A DNA stretch of 64,000 bases from Candidatus Omnitrophota bacterium (GTDB lineage Bacteria; Omnitrophota; Gorgyraeia; Gygaellales; Profunditerraquicolaceae): assembly GCA_028717245.1 (NCBI GenBank), contig JAQUOD010000001.1:149514-213513 (forward strand), given 5' to 3'. Below the pieces are notes generated by a model that was given only the letters and a program-made list of their open reading frames with translations, was not told where the DNA came from and did not search any database. Made by a program: the position numbers and the translations under genes. Positions 1-9,672 of this stretch are shown piece by piece (the stretch's first letter is position 1; every line of letters begins with the position of its first letter).

Positions 1-276
1 TAACCCCAAAAATAAAACCAGGATTATATCTAAAGCCAAGGCGATAAGAATCCAGGCCTTCTTATTGAAAAAATTATCTATAACATAACCTATTACCGGT
101 TTTACCAGCCAGGCAAACATAGTAAAGCTGCTTAAGAACATTATTTTTTCGGGGCTAAACTTTAGGGTTTCTTTCAGATAATAGAATAAACCCTGGGAGG
201 GAAGGCCTTCTATGCCTTGCGTAAAGTAAACAGCGCTGCTTAATACAAAGGCCCAGAATAGCTTTTTATTCAGCAC
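1..276 (-). CDS. Partial CDS for an MFS-type membrane transporter. It carries the N-terminal part and continues beyond the window start. The likely start codon is GTG at 276. It is absent from the ORF track.
   Basis: Reverse-complement translation of 1-276 reads ...LNKKLFWAFVLSSAVYFTQGIEGLPSQGLFYYLKETLKFSPEKIMFLSSFTMFAWLVKPVIGYVIDNFFNKKAWILIALALDIILVLFLGL. It has no stop codon and shows hydrophobic transmembrane segments with an MFS-like GxLxYYLKE pattern. It lies directly downstream of secG on the same strand. Confidence 0.4.
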   Translation of the reverse strand, partial: MLNKKLFWAFVLSSAVYFTQGIEGLPSQGLFYYLKETLKFSPEKIMFLSSFTMFAWLVKPVIGYVIDNFFNKKAWILIALALDIILVLFLGL

Positions 277-281
277 TTGAT

Positions 282-665
282 TTATCGAGCTTTTGGAACT
301 TCGGGGGATGAAGCGGTAGCAGACTTTTCTGTCGGTTTAGGCAGCTCTTGCTGGGCCTGTTCTATAGGATTATTAACGGGGGCTGCCGCAGTTGCCGGTG
401 CTGGTGGGGCGGTTGGTTTTGCGTCCTGCATTAAAGACCGGCTCTGCCTTACGGATAAAACTGCTAGGCTTAAACAGGTGACAAAAAATACAGCGGATAA
501 TACAGTGGTGGTGCGGCTTAAGAAAGCATTGGTTTTTGTGCCAAACATGGATTCTACGCCGGAGAAACTCTCAGCCAGGCCTCCGCCGCGGCCTCTTTGA
601 ATTAAAATGATGGTGATTAATAAAGTACAGGCAACCACATGTATAGTAATGATTAAAAATGTCAT
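282..665 (-). CDS. secG: Preprotein translocase subunit SecG
   Basis: The N-terminus has the SecG signature LLITIILIQRGRGGGLAESFSG...FGTK. The C-terminal tail is Ala/Pro-rich and low-complexity. The tpiA-secG arrangement is common in bacteria. Confidence 0.8.
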   Translation of the reverse strand: MTFLIITIHVVACTLLITIILIQRGRGGGLAESFSGVESMFGTKTNAFLSRTTTVLSAVFFVTCLSLAVLSVRQSRSLMQDAKPTAPPAPATAAAPVNNPIEQAQQELPKPTEKSATASSPEVPKAR

Positions 666-1459
666 TTCACCACCTCGCTTGCTTTCAATACAATCTCAGC
701 AAAACTATCCACGGTCAGGCTCGCTCCGCCTACTAAGGCTCCGTCAATATCCGGTTGACGCATCAATTCTGTAATGTTTTCCGGCTTTACGCTTCCGCCG
801 TATTGTATCCTTAGGGCATCGGCAATTTCTTTATTATACATCTTACGCAACAAACCGCGAATATAAATTTGCGCCTCCTGGGCTTGGGCAGGTGTGGCAG
901 TCCTACCTGTGCCTATGGCCCAAACCGGCTCATAGGCAATCACTATTTTTGCCACCTCGCTATCACTTATATCTTTAAGGCCGTTATGAATATGGTCATC
1001 CAATACCTGAAAAGTCTTACCGTCTTCCCTTTCTTTAAGGGTTTCGCCTACGCAAACAATGGGCGTAAGGCCATGCTTTAAGGCGGCTTTTATCTTTTTA
1101 TTTACGGATTCATTGGTTTCGCCGAAATACTGCCGGCGTTCAGAGTGGCCGATAATCACAAACTTGCATCCTATATCTTTGAGCATTATTGGAGAAACCT
1201 CTCCGGTAAAAGCGCCCTCATCCTGCCAATGCATATTTTGGGCGCCCAAGTGAATATTAGAATCCAGGATTATTTCGGAAACTTCGCTTAAGGCAGCATA
1301 GGGCGGACAAATTACAATATCTACCCCCTGATCATTTAATTTAAAAAGCGCCCTCTTTAAGCCATTGGCTAGTTCTATGGCCTCAACGATGGTTTTATAC
1401 ATCTTCCAGTTTCCGGCAATAATAGTTTTTCTCATATTATTTATCCGTGAGGGCAGCAA
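662..1459 (-). CDS. tpiA: Triosephosphate isomerase
   Basis: Classic TIM motifs are present: IIAGNWKM, IGHSERR and AYEPVWAIGTG. The length is 265 aa. Its start overlaps the secG start by 4 nt. Confidence 0.95.
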   Translation of the reverse strand: MLPSRINNMRKTIIAGNWKMYKTIVEAIELANGLKRALFKLNDQGVDIVICPPYAALSEVSEIILDSNIHLGAQNMHWQDEGAFTGEVSPIMLKDIGCKFVIIGHSERRQYFGETNESVNKKIKAALKHGLTPIVCVGETLKEREDGKTFQVLDDHIHNGLKDISDSEVAKIVIAYEPVWAIGTGRTATPAQAQEAQIYIRGLLRKMYNKEIADALRIQYGGSVKPENITELMRQPDIDGALVGGASLTVDSFAEIVLKASEVVK

Positions 1460-2618
1460 TACCTGGTAGAATTTTTCCCTCTAAGAATTCCAAACTTGCC
1501 CCGCCGCCGGTGGAAATATGCGTCATTTTATCTTCCAGTTTAAACTTAGCCACAGCCGCAGCAGTATCTCCGCCGCCGATAATCGTGGTGGCTTTAAGGG
1601 TACTTAGAAACTTGGCAATCTCTTCTGTTCCATGGCTAAAAGCATCCATCTCGAATATACCCAAGGGCCCGTTCCAAACTATTGTCCCGGCTTCTTTGAG
1701 GCTCTCCTTAAAAAATGCTACTGTCTTTGGCCCGATATCTACCGCAATCTTGCCTTCAGGGATATCCTCGCCTACAATTTCTGATTTAGCCTGCGGGTCA
1801 ATATTATCTACCACTAAGTTATCTATGGGTAATAAAATTTCTTTTTTGAGATTTTTGGCCTGATCTAAAATATTTCTGGCTAAATCCAGCTTATCCTTCT
1901 CCAGTTTAGAATTGCCGATAGATTTTCCCTGCGCCTTCAAAAAGGTATAAGCCATGCCCCCGCCTATGATAATAGCGTCGGCCTTAGGAAGCAGGTTTTC
2001 AATCACGTCTATCTTATCTGAAACCTTTGCCCCTCCCAGGATAACCATAAAAGGCCTTTGCGGTTTTGCTACGGCATTTCCCAGGTACTCGATTTCTTTT
2101 TCTAAAAGAAACCCCGCTGCGGATTTAAGATAGTGCGTAACCCCTTCGGTAGAGGCGTGTGCGCGGTGGGCCGTGCCAAAGGCGTCATTGACAAAGATAT
2201 CGGCTAAATCCGCTAATTCTTTGGCGAAACCTGCGTCATTTGCTTCCTCTTCAGCGTGAAACCTTAAGTTTTCCAAAAGGACGACTTTTTCCGGCACCTG
2301 TGCAATTCTTTCTTTAATATTATCGCCTACACAATCATTCAGGAAAGCCACAGGCACACCTAATAACTCTTGAAGCCTCACAGCCGCCGGATTAAGGCTG
2401 TATTTAGCCACTACCTTACCATCAGGCCTGCCTAAATGGCTCATCAGAATAATCTTCCTGGCGCCTGCCTGCAATATGTATTTTAGCGTAGGTAACGTTG
2501 CCTTGATACGCGTATCATCAGTAATATTTAAAGCGGCATCCTGCGGCACGTTAAAATCCACGCGCACCAGGACAACCTTGTCTTTTAAGTCAAGATCCTT
2601 TAAGGTCATTTTATTCAT
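1437..2618 (-). CDS. pgk: Phosphoglycerate kinase
   Basis: PGK motifs are present: VRVDFNVP and a hinge/C-domain GGGDTAAA-like region. The length is 393 aa. Its 3' end overlaps tpiA. Confidence 0.95.
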   Translation of the reverse strand: MNKMTLKDLDLKDKVVLVRVDFNVPQDAALNITDDTRIKATLPTLKYILQAGARKIILMSHLGRPDGKVVAKYSLNPAAVRLQELLGVPVAFLNDCVGDNIKERIAQVPEKVVLLENLRFHAEEEANDAGFAKELADLADIFVNDAFGTAHRAHASTEGVTHYLKSAAGFLLEKEIEYLGNAVAKPQRPFMVILGGAKVSDKIDVIENLLPKADAIIIGGGMAYTFLKAQGKSIGNSKLEKDKLDLARNILDQAKNLKKEILLPIDNLVVDNIDPQAKSEIVGEDIPEGKIAVDIGPKTVAFFKESLKEAGTIVWNGPLGIFEMDAFSHGTEEIAKFLSTLKATTIIGGGDTAAAVAKFKLEDKMTHISTGGGASLEFLEGKILPGIAALTDK

Positions 2619-2675
2619 ATAACAGCTCCTTAATTTTAGAGTATTTAATATATATTAAATAACCGTATTTGTCAA
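2619..2675 (-). promoter_or_regulatory. Sigma70-type promoter plus Shine-Dalgarno site for the pgk-tpiA-secG operon
   Basis: The minus strand reads TTGACA (2670-2675), a 17-nt spacer, TATATT (2647-2652), then AAGGAG (2626-2631) 7 nt upstream of the pgk ATG (2616-2618). Confidence 0.55.
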
Positions 2676-2721
2676 CCCCGTTAGATAACTTTATTTTAAT
2701 ATAGCGGCTTATCTAACGGGG
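2676..2721 (-). terminator. Perfect 13-bp inverted repeat (CCCCGTTAGATAA / TTATCTAACGGGG) with a 20-nt loop. It spans the stop codon of the upstream CDS and abuts the pgk -35 element. It is a possible weak intrinsic terminator or insulator hairpin.
   Basis: The arms lie at 2676-2688 and 2709-2721 and are exactly complementary. The following tract is only moderately U-rich, so terminator strength is uncertain. Confidence 0.35.
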
Positions 2722-4960
2722 GCAATCTTTTAGAAAAAATTGCTAATAATAGCAAACTGCTCAATTTTAAGAATATGATTATCATACAAGCGCCGAATAA
2801 ACCTAAGACAGGTAAAAGTATGGCTGCGCCGACAATCCCGGCTAACCAGCCTCCCATGAGGTCAGAAAAATAAAGCAATCCCGAAGTAGAACCTACCTGT
2901 GTTTTATCTTTTAGATACATCTTATTAGCCAGCGGAAACTCAAGGCCCACGAGTAAGCCCGAAATAAAAAACATGATGATAAATAGCATTAATGAAAATT
3001 TCGTATAGTTAAAAAATCCGGTAATTATCCAGGCGCTAAGATAAGAGAATAGAACTATTGCGGCTTCTAACTTAATGAATAGGCTCAAGCTATCTTTAAT
3101 CTTCCCGATGTGAGATGTCATAAAAATACTTCCCAGGGTAATCCCGGCCATAAATATACCCGTAAGCAGGCCTATCTTATGGTAAAGGTAACCGTAAACT
3201 ACCTGAAAGGTGAATATAAGGGTTAGATTTATGAGCATACCAAAAAAACCGGTAGTAGCCATACTATAAGCAATATTTAATTTAGGCTTACGGCAAAATA
3301 TAAAAAATAACATCAAAGTTATCGCAAAAATTAACAGCAGGATAACTTTAAAATTTAAATTTCCCAAACTTTGTAGAATATATGCAAAAATCGGAGAAAA
3401 TTGTTTGTTCCAAAGGACTGAAATCTGAAATACCGCAAAAGGCATAAAATCCCGGTTGATTTTTCTGGTAGCGCCCATCAAGGAACGGATAAACCATTCC
3501 AGGTGTTCCTTATCTAATCTGTAATCAAGATACGCGGGTACCAGCATATCGGTTTTAATATTACCCCGCTTTATTCTTTGCGTGATTATTCTAGAATCTA
3601 TAGCCATGATATCAGTGGAATCGGACGCCAGAAACATATTATAATCTCCCGGAATAATGCGTATATAAGGGTATGCTTTTTTTAAGGCGTTTAATATGCA
3701 GGCATTAAGGTCTCGCAATTCGCTGCTTAGATAAGCTAAAGAGCCCGGCAGACAGAATACCAGGATTCCTCCGGCATTTAATCTTTTTTTAATCAGCCCG
3801 AAAAACTCCTGGGTGAAAAAACGGCCGGTTGATAAATCGGCGGGCCCGGATAAACCAATCAACACAATATCATAGCGATTAAAGGTATTCTTAACAAAGA
3901 ACCTGGCGTCTTGATTTATTACCTTTACCCTTTCATCTTGGAGCTCTCTTTTAGTCAAATCAGAGGGATATTTTTTCAGCATATCTATAATCAACGGGTC
4001 AAGCTCTGCATAATCAATTTTTATAACGGGGTGTTTCCGGATTTCGTTTATTAACCCGCCGGCGCCGGCGCTTAAAATAAGGACCTCCCTTGGCTGGGGA
4101 TGGAATAACAAAGGGATATTTCCGAAATCCTGCACAAAGGCGATATCCGGGTAGGGCGTAGTGATTATAGGCAGGCCGTTATAAAAAAAGGTATGCTGCT
4201 GTTCTTTTTTAACGACTACGACATTACCATAAACAGAATTACGGTAATCCAAAACATCCTGCGTATTCCATTGTTTTTTAATAGCGTAATCTTGTATTTT
4301 ATTTAAAGCGCCGCTTGAGGATAGATATATCATTAAGAAAATCAAGAATAAGACAACATATTTGAACATTTTTGGGATATTTTTAAAGAAGAGGAGGCAA
4401 AGAATAAGATTAAACACAGCTATAATAGTTACTGTCTGGAAAGAATTAAAATATGGTATGAAAAAATAAGTAACAGCTACGCCACCGATAATCGTGCCGA
4501 TTGTCTCTAAGGTATACGCTTTGCCTATAGAATGAGCTGATTCTTTTATATACGAAGAATATATCTTACAAGCGCAACTGAATAATGCGCCGTGGCAAAA
4601 ACCTACGGGCAACATTATCAAAAACGAAGAATAAAATATCATAGGTAACCCTATCGCTTCCCCAAAAGGAATTCCCAATATCGGCTTTAAGGTGCGTGAT
4701 AAATACACGGATAACCCCAGCATAGAGGCAAAGGCTATCTGCAGGATGATAAATACATTTATTTTATTTTTAGCCCTGTCAATAAATCCTCCGATAATAT
4801 AAACGCCGGCTGCTTCAGAAATAACCCAATTGGCTAAGATCACCCCTAAGGTCAGCTCATTACCATAGAAACTCACCAATAATTCCCGTAAAAGCGTAAT
4901 CTGCGCTACTATCCCGCTTAGCCCTACCACGATAATAGATAACGTAAGTATATAACTCAT
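2696..4960 (-). CDS. Polytopic membrane protein with an embedded spermidine-synthase-like (SpeE-fold aminopropyltransferase/methyltransferase) domain
   Basis: The central motifs are LILSAGAGGLINEI...IDYAELDP...VINQDARFFVK...YDIVLIGLSGPAD, a SpeE-like Rossmann region. Many predicted transmembrane helices flank it on both sides. The length is 754 aa. Confidence 0.6.
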   Translation of the reverse strand: MSYILTLSIIVVGLSGIVAQITLLRELLVSFYGNELTLGVILANWVISEAAGVYIIGGFIDRAKNKINVFIILQIAFASMLGLSVYLSRTLKPILGIPFGEAIGLPMIFYSSFLIMLPVGFCHGALFSCACKIYSSYIKESAHSIGKAYTLETIGTIIGGVAVTYFFIPYFNSFQTVTIIAVFNLILCLLFFKNIPKMFKYVVLFLIFLMIYLSSSGALNKIQDYAIKKQWNTQDVLDYRNSVYGNVVVVKKEQQHTFFYNGLPIITTPYPDIAFVQDFGNIPLLFHPQPREVLILSAGAGGLINEIRKHPVIKIDYAELDPLIIDMLKKYPSDLTKRELQDERVKVINQDARFFVKNTFNRYDIVLIGLSGPADLSTGRFFTQEFFGLIKKRLNAGGILVFCLPGSLAYLSSELRDLNACILNALKKAYPYIRIIPGDYNMFLASDSTDIMAIDSRIITQRIKRGNIKTDMLVPAYLDYRLDKEHLEWFIRSLMGATRKINRDFMPFAVFQISVLWNKQFSPIFAYILQSLGNLNFKVILLLIFAITLMLFFIFCRKPKLNIAYSMATTGFFGMLINLTLIFTFQVVYGYLYHKIGLLTGIFMAGITLGSIFMTSHIGKIKDSLSLFIKLEAAIVLFSYLSAWIITGFFNYTKFSLMLFIIMFFISGLLVGLEFPLANKMYLKDKTQVGSTSGLLYFSDLMGGWLAGIVGAAILLPVLGLFGACMIIIFLKLSSLLLLAIFSKRLPPLDKPLY

Positions 4961-5025
4961 AGGTTACTAAATAAAAAATGCGGCTTTTCGCCGCACATCA
5001 AACCGCTATCTACCATACAATACGG

Positions 5026-6273
5026 TTATCCTATCTTTGTGTCAGTTTCTAGCTTAATATTATTCATTGCCGCAGCCCCTAAGCCGAGCAGTATCCAGAA
5101 CAATAATCCTAAATCAAGGGAATAAAAAATTGTATCTACGGCCATCTGCACGGAATACCCCAGTAGCGCAGCAAGGCTGGCCAATAAAATATACCAGGAA
5201 AATGTTTTTTGCTGTTCAATCACTGTTTTAATCCCATTATAGAAAAATAATACTAAGATAGCCAAAAACGAAACGAGCCCTATTATCCCTATCTCCGAAA
5301 GTATCTGCAGATAACAATTGTGGGCGTAAGACGGCCCGTATTGATAACTCTCTACTACAAACCTCTTAAAATTAAACATGAATGTCCCTAACCCTAATCC
5401 TATCCAGGGGTTGTACATAAACATCTTCCATCCTGCCTGCCAGAAAATTTTTCTTTCTATACTGCCGACATCGCCTAAAAGGGTAATATCAAAAACGAGA
5501 AGAAAATTATTCAAGCGGTTTTTTATTAAAGTAGGGTAAAACGGCTGTGTTACAATTATAAAAAGGCCCAGGAGCAAAAGAAATATGCCCACAGGATAAA
5601 TCCAGACGCCGATGAATAGTGCCGAGGCCATAAAACCGAACCACGCCCCCCGGGAAACCGTCAATATCAAGCAGATAAAAAGCAGGGCAAATAATCCTGA
5701 TAGAAAAAACCTGGCTGTTTTAGCGCGGGATCTAGCAAAAAAAACAGTGATTAAAAATGGGATTATAGCGTTTAAATAACAACCAAAATCGTTAGGAGTA
5801 GGGAAGGTTGCATAGATTCTGTCTACAAAGATGGTAGGGCGGTGGCGTATAAAATCCTTGCGGGTGAAATTCTGATATATCCCGTCGATCCCCAGGACTG
5901 CTGAAGAAAAAAAGAAAATATAAATAAAATTCTTCAGTCTTTTTTCGTTATTCAGGGTATCCACAAGCACGAAAAAGAATAATATATCCTGAATAGTTTT
6001 ACCGAAGAACGTCCTGGTGCTTATCTTGGGATTGGAGCTGATAAAAATTGAAATAAAACAGATAGCTAAATACGTAAGAATGGCTAAATTAAGGGGAGTT
6101 ACAGAAATACCTTTGCGTTGGGTAATTTTTTTGACTATATAGCATAGAATAGCTAAAGTACTGAATACCTCAATTGCAGCCTTAGAAACAGGAAAAAGAA
6201 GAGCTATGGCATATAATGAGGATAAGGCTACTTTATCGCAAATATCAACTATTCTTGATTTTTCCCAAGTCAT
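5026..6273 (-). CDS. Polytopic membrane protein, O-antigen ligase/polymerase-like (Wzy_C-type)
   Basis: The protein is 415 aa with about 10-12 hydrophobic segments and a larger loop region. It sits beside an initiating phosphotransferase. The family assignment rests on architecture only. Confidence 0.4.
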   Translation of the reverse strand: MTWEKSRIVDICDKVALSSLYAIALLFPVSKAAIEVFSTLAILCYIVKKITQRKGISVTPLNLAILTYLAICFISIFISSNPKISTRTFFGKTIQDILFFFVLVDTLNNEKRLKNFIYIFFFSSAVLGIDGIYQNFTRKDFIRHRPTIFVDRIYATFPTPNDFGCYLNAIIPFLITVFFARSRAKTARFFLSGLFALLFICLILTVSRGAWFGFMASALFIGVWIYPVGIFLLLLGLFIIVTQPFYPTLIKNRLNNFLLVFDITLLGDVGSIERKIFWQAGWKMFMYNPWIGLGLGTFMFNFKRFVVESYQYGPSYAHNCYLQILSEIGIIGLVSFLAILVLFFYNGIKTVIEQQKTFSWYILLASLAALLGYSVQMAVDTIFYSLDLGLLFWILLGLGAAAMNNIKLETDTKIG

Positions 6274-8068
6274 CTATCATTTCCTCTTTATCCAAAAGCC
6301 CCCGTATCTTTCTATAATGGACCCCGCAGCCCTTGCAGATTTTGACTATGTCATAAAAAACGCCTGCGTCTACCGAGGGAATAGCAATAATAACTTCTTT
6401 GATATTTTCCGTTTCTACCAATTCTTTAATCTGCTCCCTCGTTCCTAAAACGGGCACCCCCTGTATTTTATAACCGAGCTTAGCAGGGTCATCGTCAATA
6501 AGCCCGATAGGGTTATAGTTTAAAGCATTATTTCTCTTTATTTCTCTAATGACCAGTTCGCCGGCATCTCCTGCCCCGAAAATTAATACGTTTTTCCCTT
6601 CTTTATGCACCACATGGCTGAATAATTCGCCCAAGACTCTGAACAATACCCTGTATCCGGAGGCTAAGAATAATAACAAGAGCCAATCTATGAAAAATAC
6701 TGCCCGGGAAAACTCCTGGAACCGGAATAAGAAGGTAAAGATAATAACGGAGAAGGCAGACCCTAAGGTAACGGCCTTAAATATCGTAATCAAATCAGAT
6801 ATGCTGATATATTTCCAGACTCCCCGATACAGGCCAAAGATATAAAAGACCGATATCTTTATTAAAATCAGCCACAACAAGGATTTTTCCACTAATCGCA
6901 GATTAGTGCTTAATAATGACCCTTCGAATCTTAAGAAATAGGCAAAATAATAAGCCAGGCAAATAAAGACCAAATCCAGCAATACCTCTAATATCCTGCG
7001 TTTATACAACAATATATTATTCAAAATAGTCTTATTGTTTTTGAGCTCCTGCCATTTCTTATGATCGATAAATTCACCGTTATAGGAAAATGTTTCCGAT
7101 AGAAAAACCCCGAAAAATAACAATATGACGATAGCCAGAAAGGCTATAATCGAAATAGCAAATATATCCAGTTTAGAATACGAAAGCGCGATTAATCCAA
7201 AGGCTATACTTATAATATATAATAAAAAAACTGTTTTCTTCGGGGATAACCCCAAGGCGACCAAACGGTGCGAGGTATGGTCTGTCCCTCCTTCAAAAAT
7301 CTTTTTCCCCTGTAATTTTCTGATAATCATCACGAATATAGTATCGAAGATGGGGACGCTTAAAATAAATACCGGAATAAGTATTGTGGCAAAAAGATGC
7401 GAGATGTTACGCGTTGTCCCGCTTATTGAAATGAACGCTAGGGAATATCCCAGAAACATACTGCCGGAATCGCCCATAAAAATTTTAGCCGGATTCAGAT
7501 TATAAGGCAAAAAACCTAGAGTTGCACCAGCTAAAACCAGGCCAAATACCCCTAATATATTACTCCCGAATATCAGCGAAGAGCAGAATATCATTAATGA
7601 AGATATGGCGGCTATCCCCGCAGCTAATCCATCAATATTATCTAAAAGATTGAACGAATTCGTAACCCCCACTATCCATATCAAGGTCAGGGGTATAATC
7701 AAAATTTCATTTATCGGTAATCCTATAGCGGCTCCAAAAAAAACAGCAATACAGGCAGCGATAATTTGTAGGAATAACTTAGTATAAGGCCTGATATGAT
7801 ATTTATCGTCAAGTAGCCCCACAACAAACAGGAAGGTCGCCCCGATAAATAATCCTAATGTATCTTTATTTATAATTCCCAGCGCAAAGGCAGAAATCAT
7901 AGAAGCAAGATATATGCTTATACCCCCGAGGATTGCGGTAGGATATTTGTGCCAGCGGTCTGAACGCGGTTGGACCACCAGGCCATTTTTAATAGCGATG
8001 TGGCGCACCGTTGGCGTAAGAACCAGGCTAAGAATAAAGGGTATGAGGAAAAGTGTAAGATATTGCAT
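6245..8068 (-). CDS. Polyprenyl-phosphate HexNAc-1-phosphate transferase (WecA/MraY family) fused to a C-terminal CoA-binding (CapD/PglF N-terminal-like) domain
   Basis: The N-terminal membrane domain carries the motif NSFNLLDNIDGLAAGIAAIS and DSGSMFLGY, typical of MraY/WecA. The C-terminus has VLIFGAGDAGELVIREIK...NPIGLIDDDPAKLG...VIIAIPS, a Rossmann-like CoA-binding domain of the kind found in PglF/WbaP-type proteins. Confidence 0.75.
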   Translation of the reverse strand: MQYLTLFLIPFILSLVLTPTVRHIAIKNGLVVQPRSDRWHKYPTAILGGISIYLASMISAFALGIINKDTLGLFIGATFLFVVGLLDDKYHIRPYTKLFLQIIAACIAVFFGAAIGLPINEILIIPLTLIWIVGVTNSFNLLDNIDGLAAGIAAISSLMIFCSSLIFGSNILGVFGLVLAGATLGFLPYNLNPAKIFMGDSGSMFLGYSLAFISISGTTRNISHLFATILIPVFILSVPIFDTIFVMIIRKLQGKKIFEGGTDHTSHRLVALGLSPKKTVFLLYIISIAFGLIALSYSKLDIFAISIIAFLAIVILLFFGVFLSETFSYNGEFIDHKKWQELKNNKTILNNILLYKRRILEVLLDLVFICLAYYFAYFLRFEGSLLSTNLRLVEKSLLWLILIKISVFYIFGLYRGVWKYISISDLITIFKAVTLGSAFSVIIFTFLFRFQEFSRAVFFIDWLLLLFLASGYRVLFRVLGELFSHVVHKEGKNVLIFGAGDAGELVIREIKRNNALNYNPIGLIDDDPAKLGYKIQGVPVLGTREQIKELVETENIKEVIIAIPSVDAGVFYDIVKICKGCGVHYRKIRGLLDKEEMIDDLGKIKNS

Positions 8069-8127
8069 ACTTTAAGCTTTAAAATCAGTGCGTTATACTT
8101 TTTGTCTATTATTATAACATAAAAGCC

Positions 8128-9615
8128 CTATTTTGCTTTCAATATTTTTTTAGCGATGGTGACTGCGATTTTAACAAAATGGATAAGATACTCTTCGGGT
8201 TGCGGTCCAATGATATTAAACTTAACGATTATTTTTGTCCTAAATTTAAACCAAAATCCCGTCCATTGTAAACCCGGTACCCGTTTGGCCATATTGGTGC
8301 TTTTTACTACATTAACGCTTTTCATCAACCATTTTGCATATTTGGCATCTATGAATGGTAAGCATGTTTTTTCGTCCCAGTCAAATCTTGCCCAGCTTTC
8401 AAGTGTCTGGGGGGCTTTAAATCCCATTTCAATACACTTATAATATAAAGGCGTACCTGGATATGGTGTATATACAGACGGCCCCAAAAAATTAGCCCTG
8501 GGGTATTGTTCGTATAATTTTAACATAACCTTATAGGTCTGGAGCAAATCTTCTTTAGTCTCTTCAGGAAAACCGGCCATAAAGTGATAGCTAACACCCA
8601 AGCCGTATTTTCTTAATTTTTCATTTACCCTGAAGACTTCATCCAATTTAATATCTTTGTGTATTAAGTCTAAAATTCTGGGTGATCCGCTTTCAATGCC
8701 AAAAGTTAAAACATTACAACCGCTTTTTTTTAATAAAGCTATGAAGGAATCTTCATATTTGGCAAAATAATCTATTCTGCAATCGGCATGCCAGGCAATC
8801 CTGATGCCTCTTCTGATGATCTCAGTACAAATGTCAACAACCCTTTTTCTATCTACGAATAAATTGTCCCCGACAAAATTAATGCCGTCTAAGGAGAATT
8901 TTTTGGCGAGATATTCAATCTGCTCAACTATGCTGAAAGCTGCAAGGCCTCTCCATTTGCATTGATTGACGTTAATATTATAGCAAAATCCACACCTGTG
9001 GGGACAACCTCTATCTGTATGCAAGTCAAAGATGCGTTTACAATTCGGGTGAGAACTGCGTTTAGCTCTAATATATGTCTCGCAATCCAATAAATGATAC
9101 GGTAGCGAAGAAACACTATTTAGGTCGATGAACCGATCCTTCGGATTAGAATAGATTTTGCCGTTTTCTTTCCACCAGACATTCGGGATATCTGAAAGAG
9201 TGCTACCGCGCCTTAAAGCGGTGACTATCTTTAAAAAAGATTCCTCTCCCTCGCCTCTGACTACAATATCAACCAGGTCATCCCTGACTGTTTCTTCCGG
9301 AAGTATGCTTGCATGCAGGCCTCCCCAGACTATCGGTATGCCAGATCTACCCTTGATAATTTTGGCAAATCTTAGCCCTCCTAAAATTTGATTACCCGTC
9401 ATTGATGAGATACCTACGCAAACAGTAGAATCATTAAGTTCCCTGTCTAGATCATCAAGCCAGTGAAGATTGGTTTCTTCGTCTATAATCTTAACCTTGT
9501 AATTATTTTTCAGCAAAATCTGGCAGATAAATAATAATCCCAAGGGGAGCCTCGGGCTTAATGACCTGGCTTCTCCTTTAGAAATCTTGGGCCGGAATAA
9601 AATTATATCTGCCAT
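8128..9615 (-). CDS. B12-binding domain radical SAM protein (class B radical SAM family), paralog 1 of 6
   Basis: An N-terminal cobalamin-binding-like Rossmann domain is followed by a radical SAM CxxxCxxC motif (GCPHRCGFC). The length is 495 aa. Confidence 0.8.
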   Translation of the reverse strand: MADIILFRPKISKGEARSLSPRLPLGLLFICQILLKNNYKVKIIDEETNLHWLDDLDRELNDSTVCVGISSMTGNQILGGLRFAKIIKGRSGIPIVWGGLHASILPEETVRDDLVDIVVRGEGEESFLKIVTALRRGSTLSDIPNVWWKENGKIYSNPKDRFIDLNSVSSLPYHLLDCETYIRAKRSSHPNCKRIFDLHTDRGCPHRCGFCYNINVNQCKWRGLAAFSIVEQIEYLAKKFSLDGINFVGDNLFVDRKRVVDICTEIIRRGIRIAWHADCRIDYFAKYEDSFIALLKKSGCNVLTFGIESGSPRILDLIHKDIKLDEVFRVNEKLRKYGLGVSYHFMAGFPEETKEDLLQTYKVMLKLYEQYPRANFLGPSVYTPYPGTPLYYKCIEMGFKAPQTLESWARFDWDEKTCLPFIDAKYAKWLMKSVNVVKSTNMAKRVPGLQWTGFWFKFRTKIIVKFNIIGPQPEEYLIHFVKIAVTIAKKILKAK

Positions 9616-9672
9616 TTTAATGATACTTTATAGCTAACCTATAATTATATAGGATGAGAGGTTTATCTTAGT

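Noticed and set aside
277-600. Plus-strand 107-aa ORF, Ala/Gly-rich
   Set aside because: It lies entirely antisense to the well-supported secG CDS. Its low-complexity composition mirrors the Pro/Ala-rich SecG tail on the other strand. I treat it as a spurious shadow ORF.
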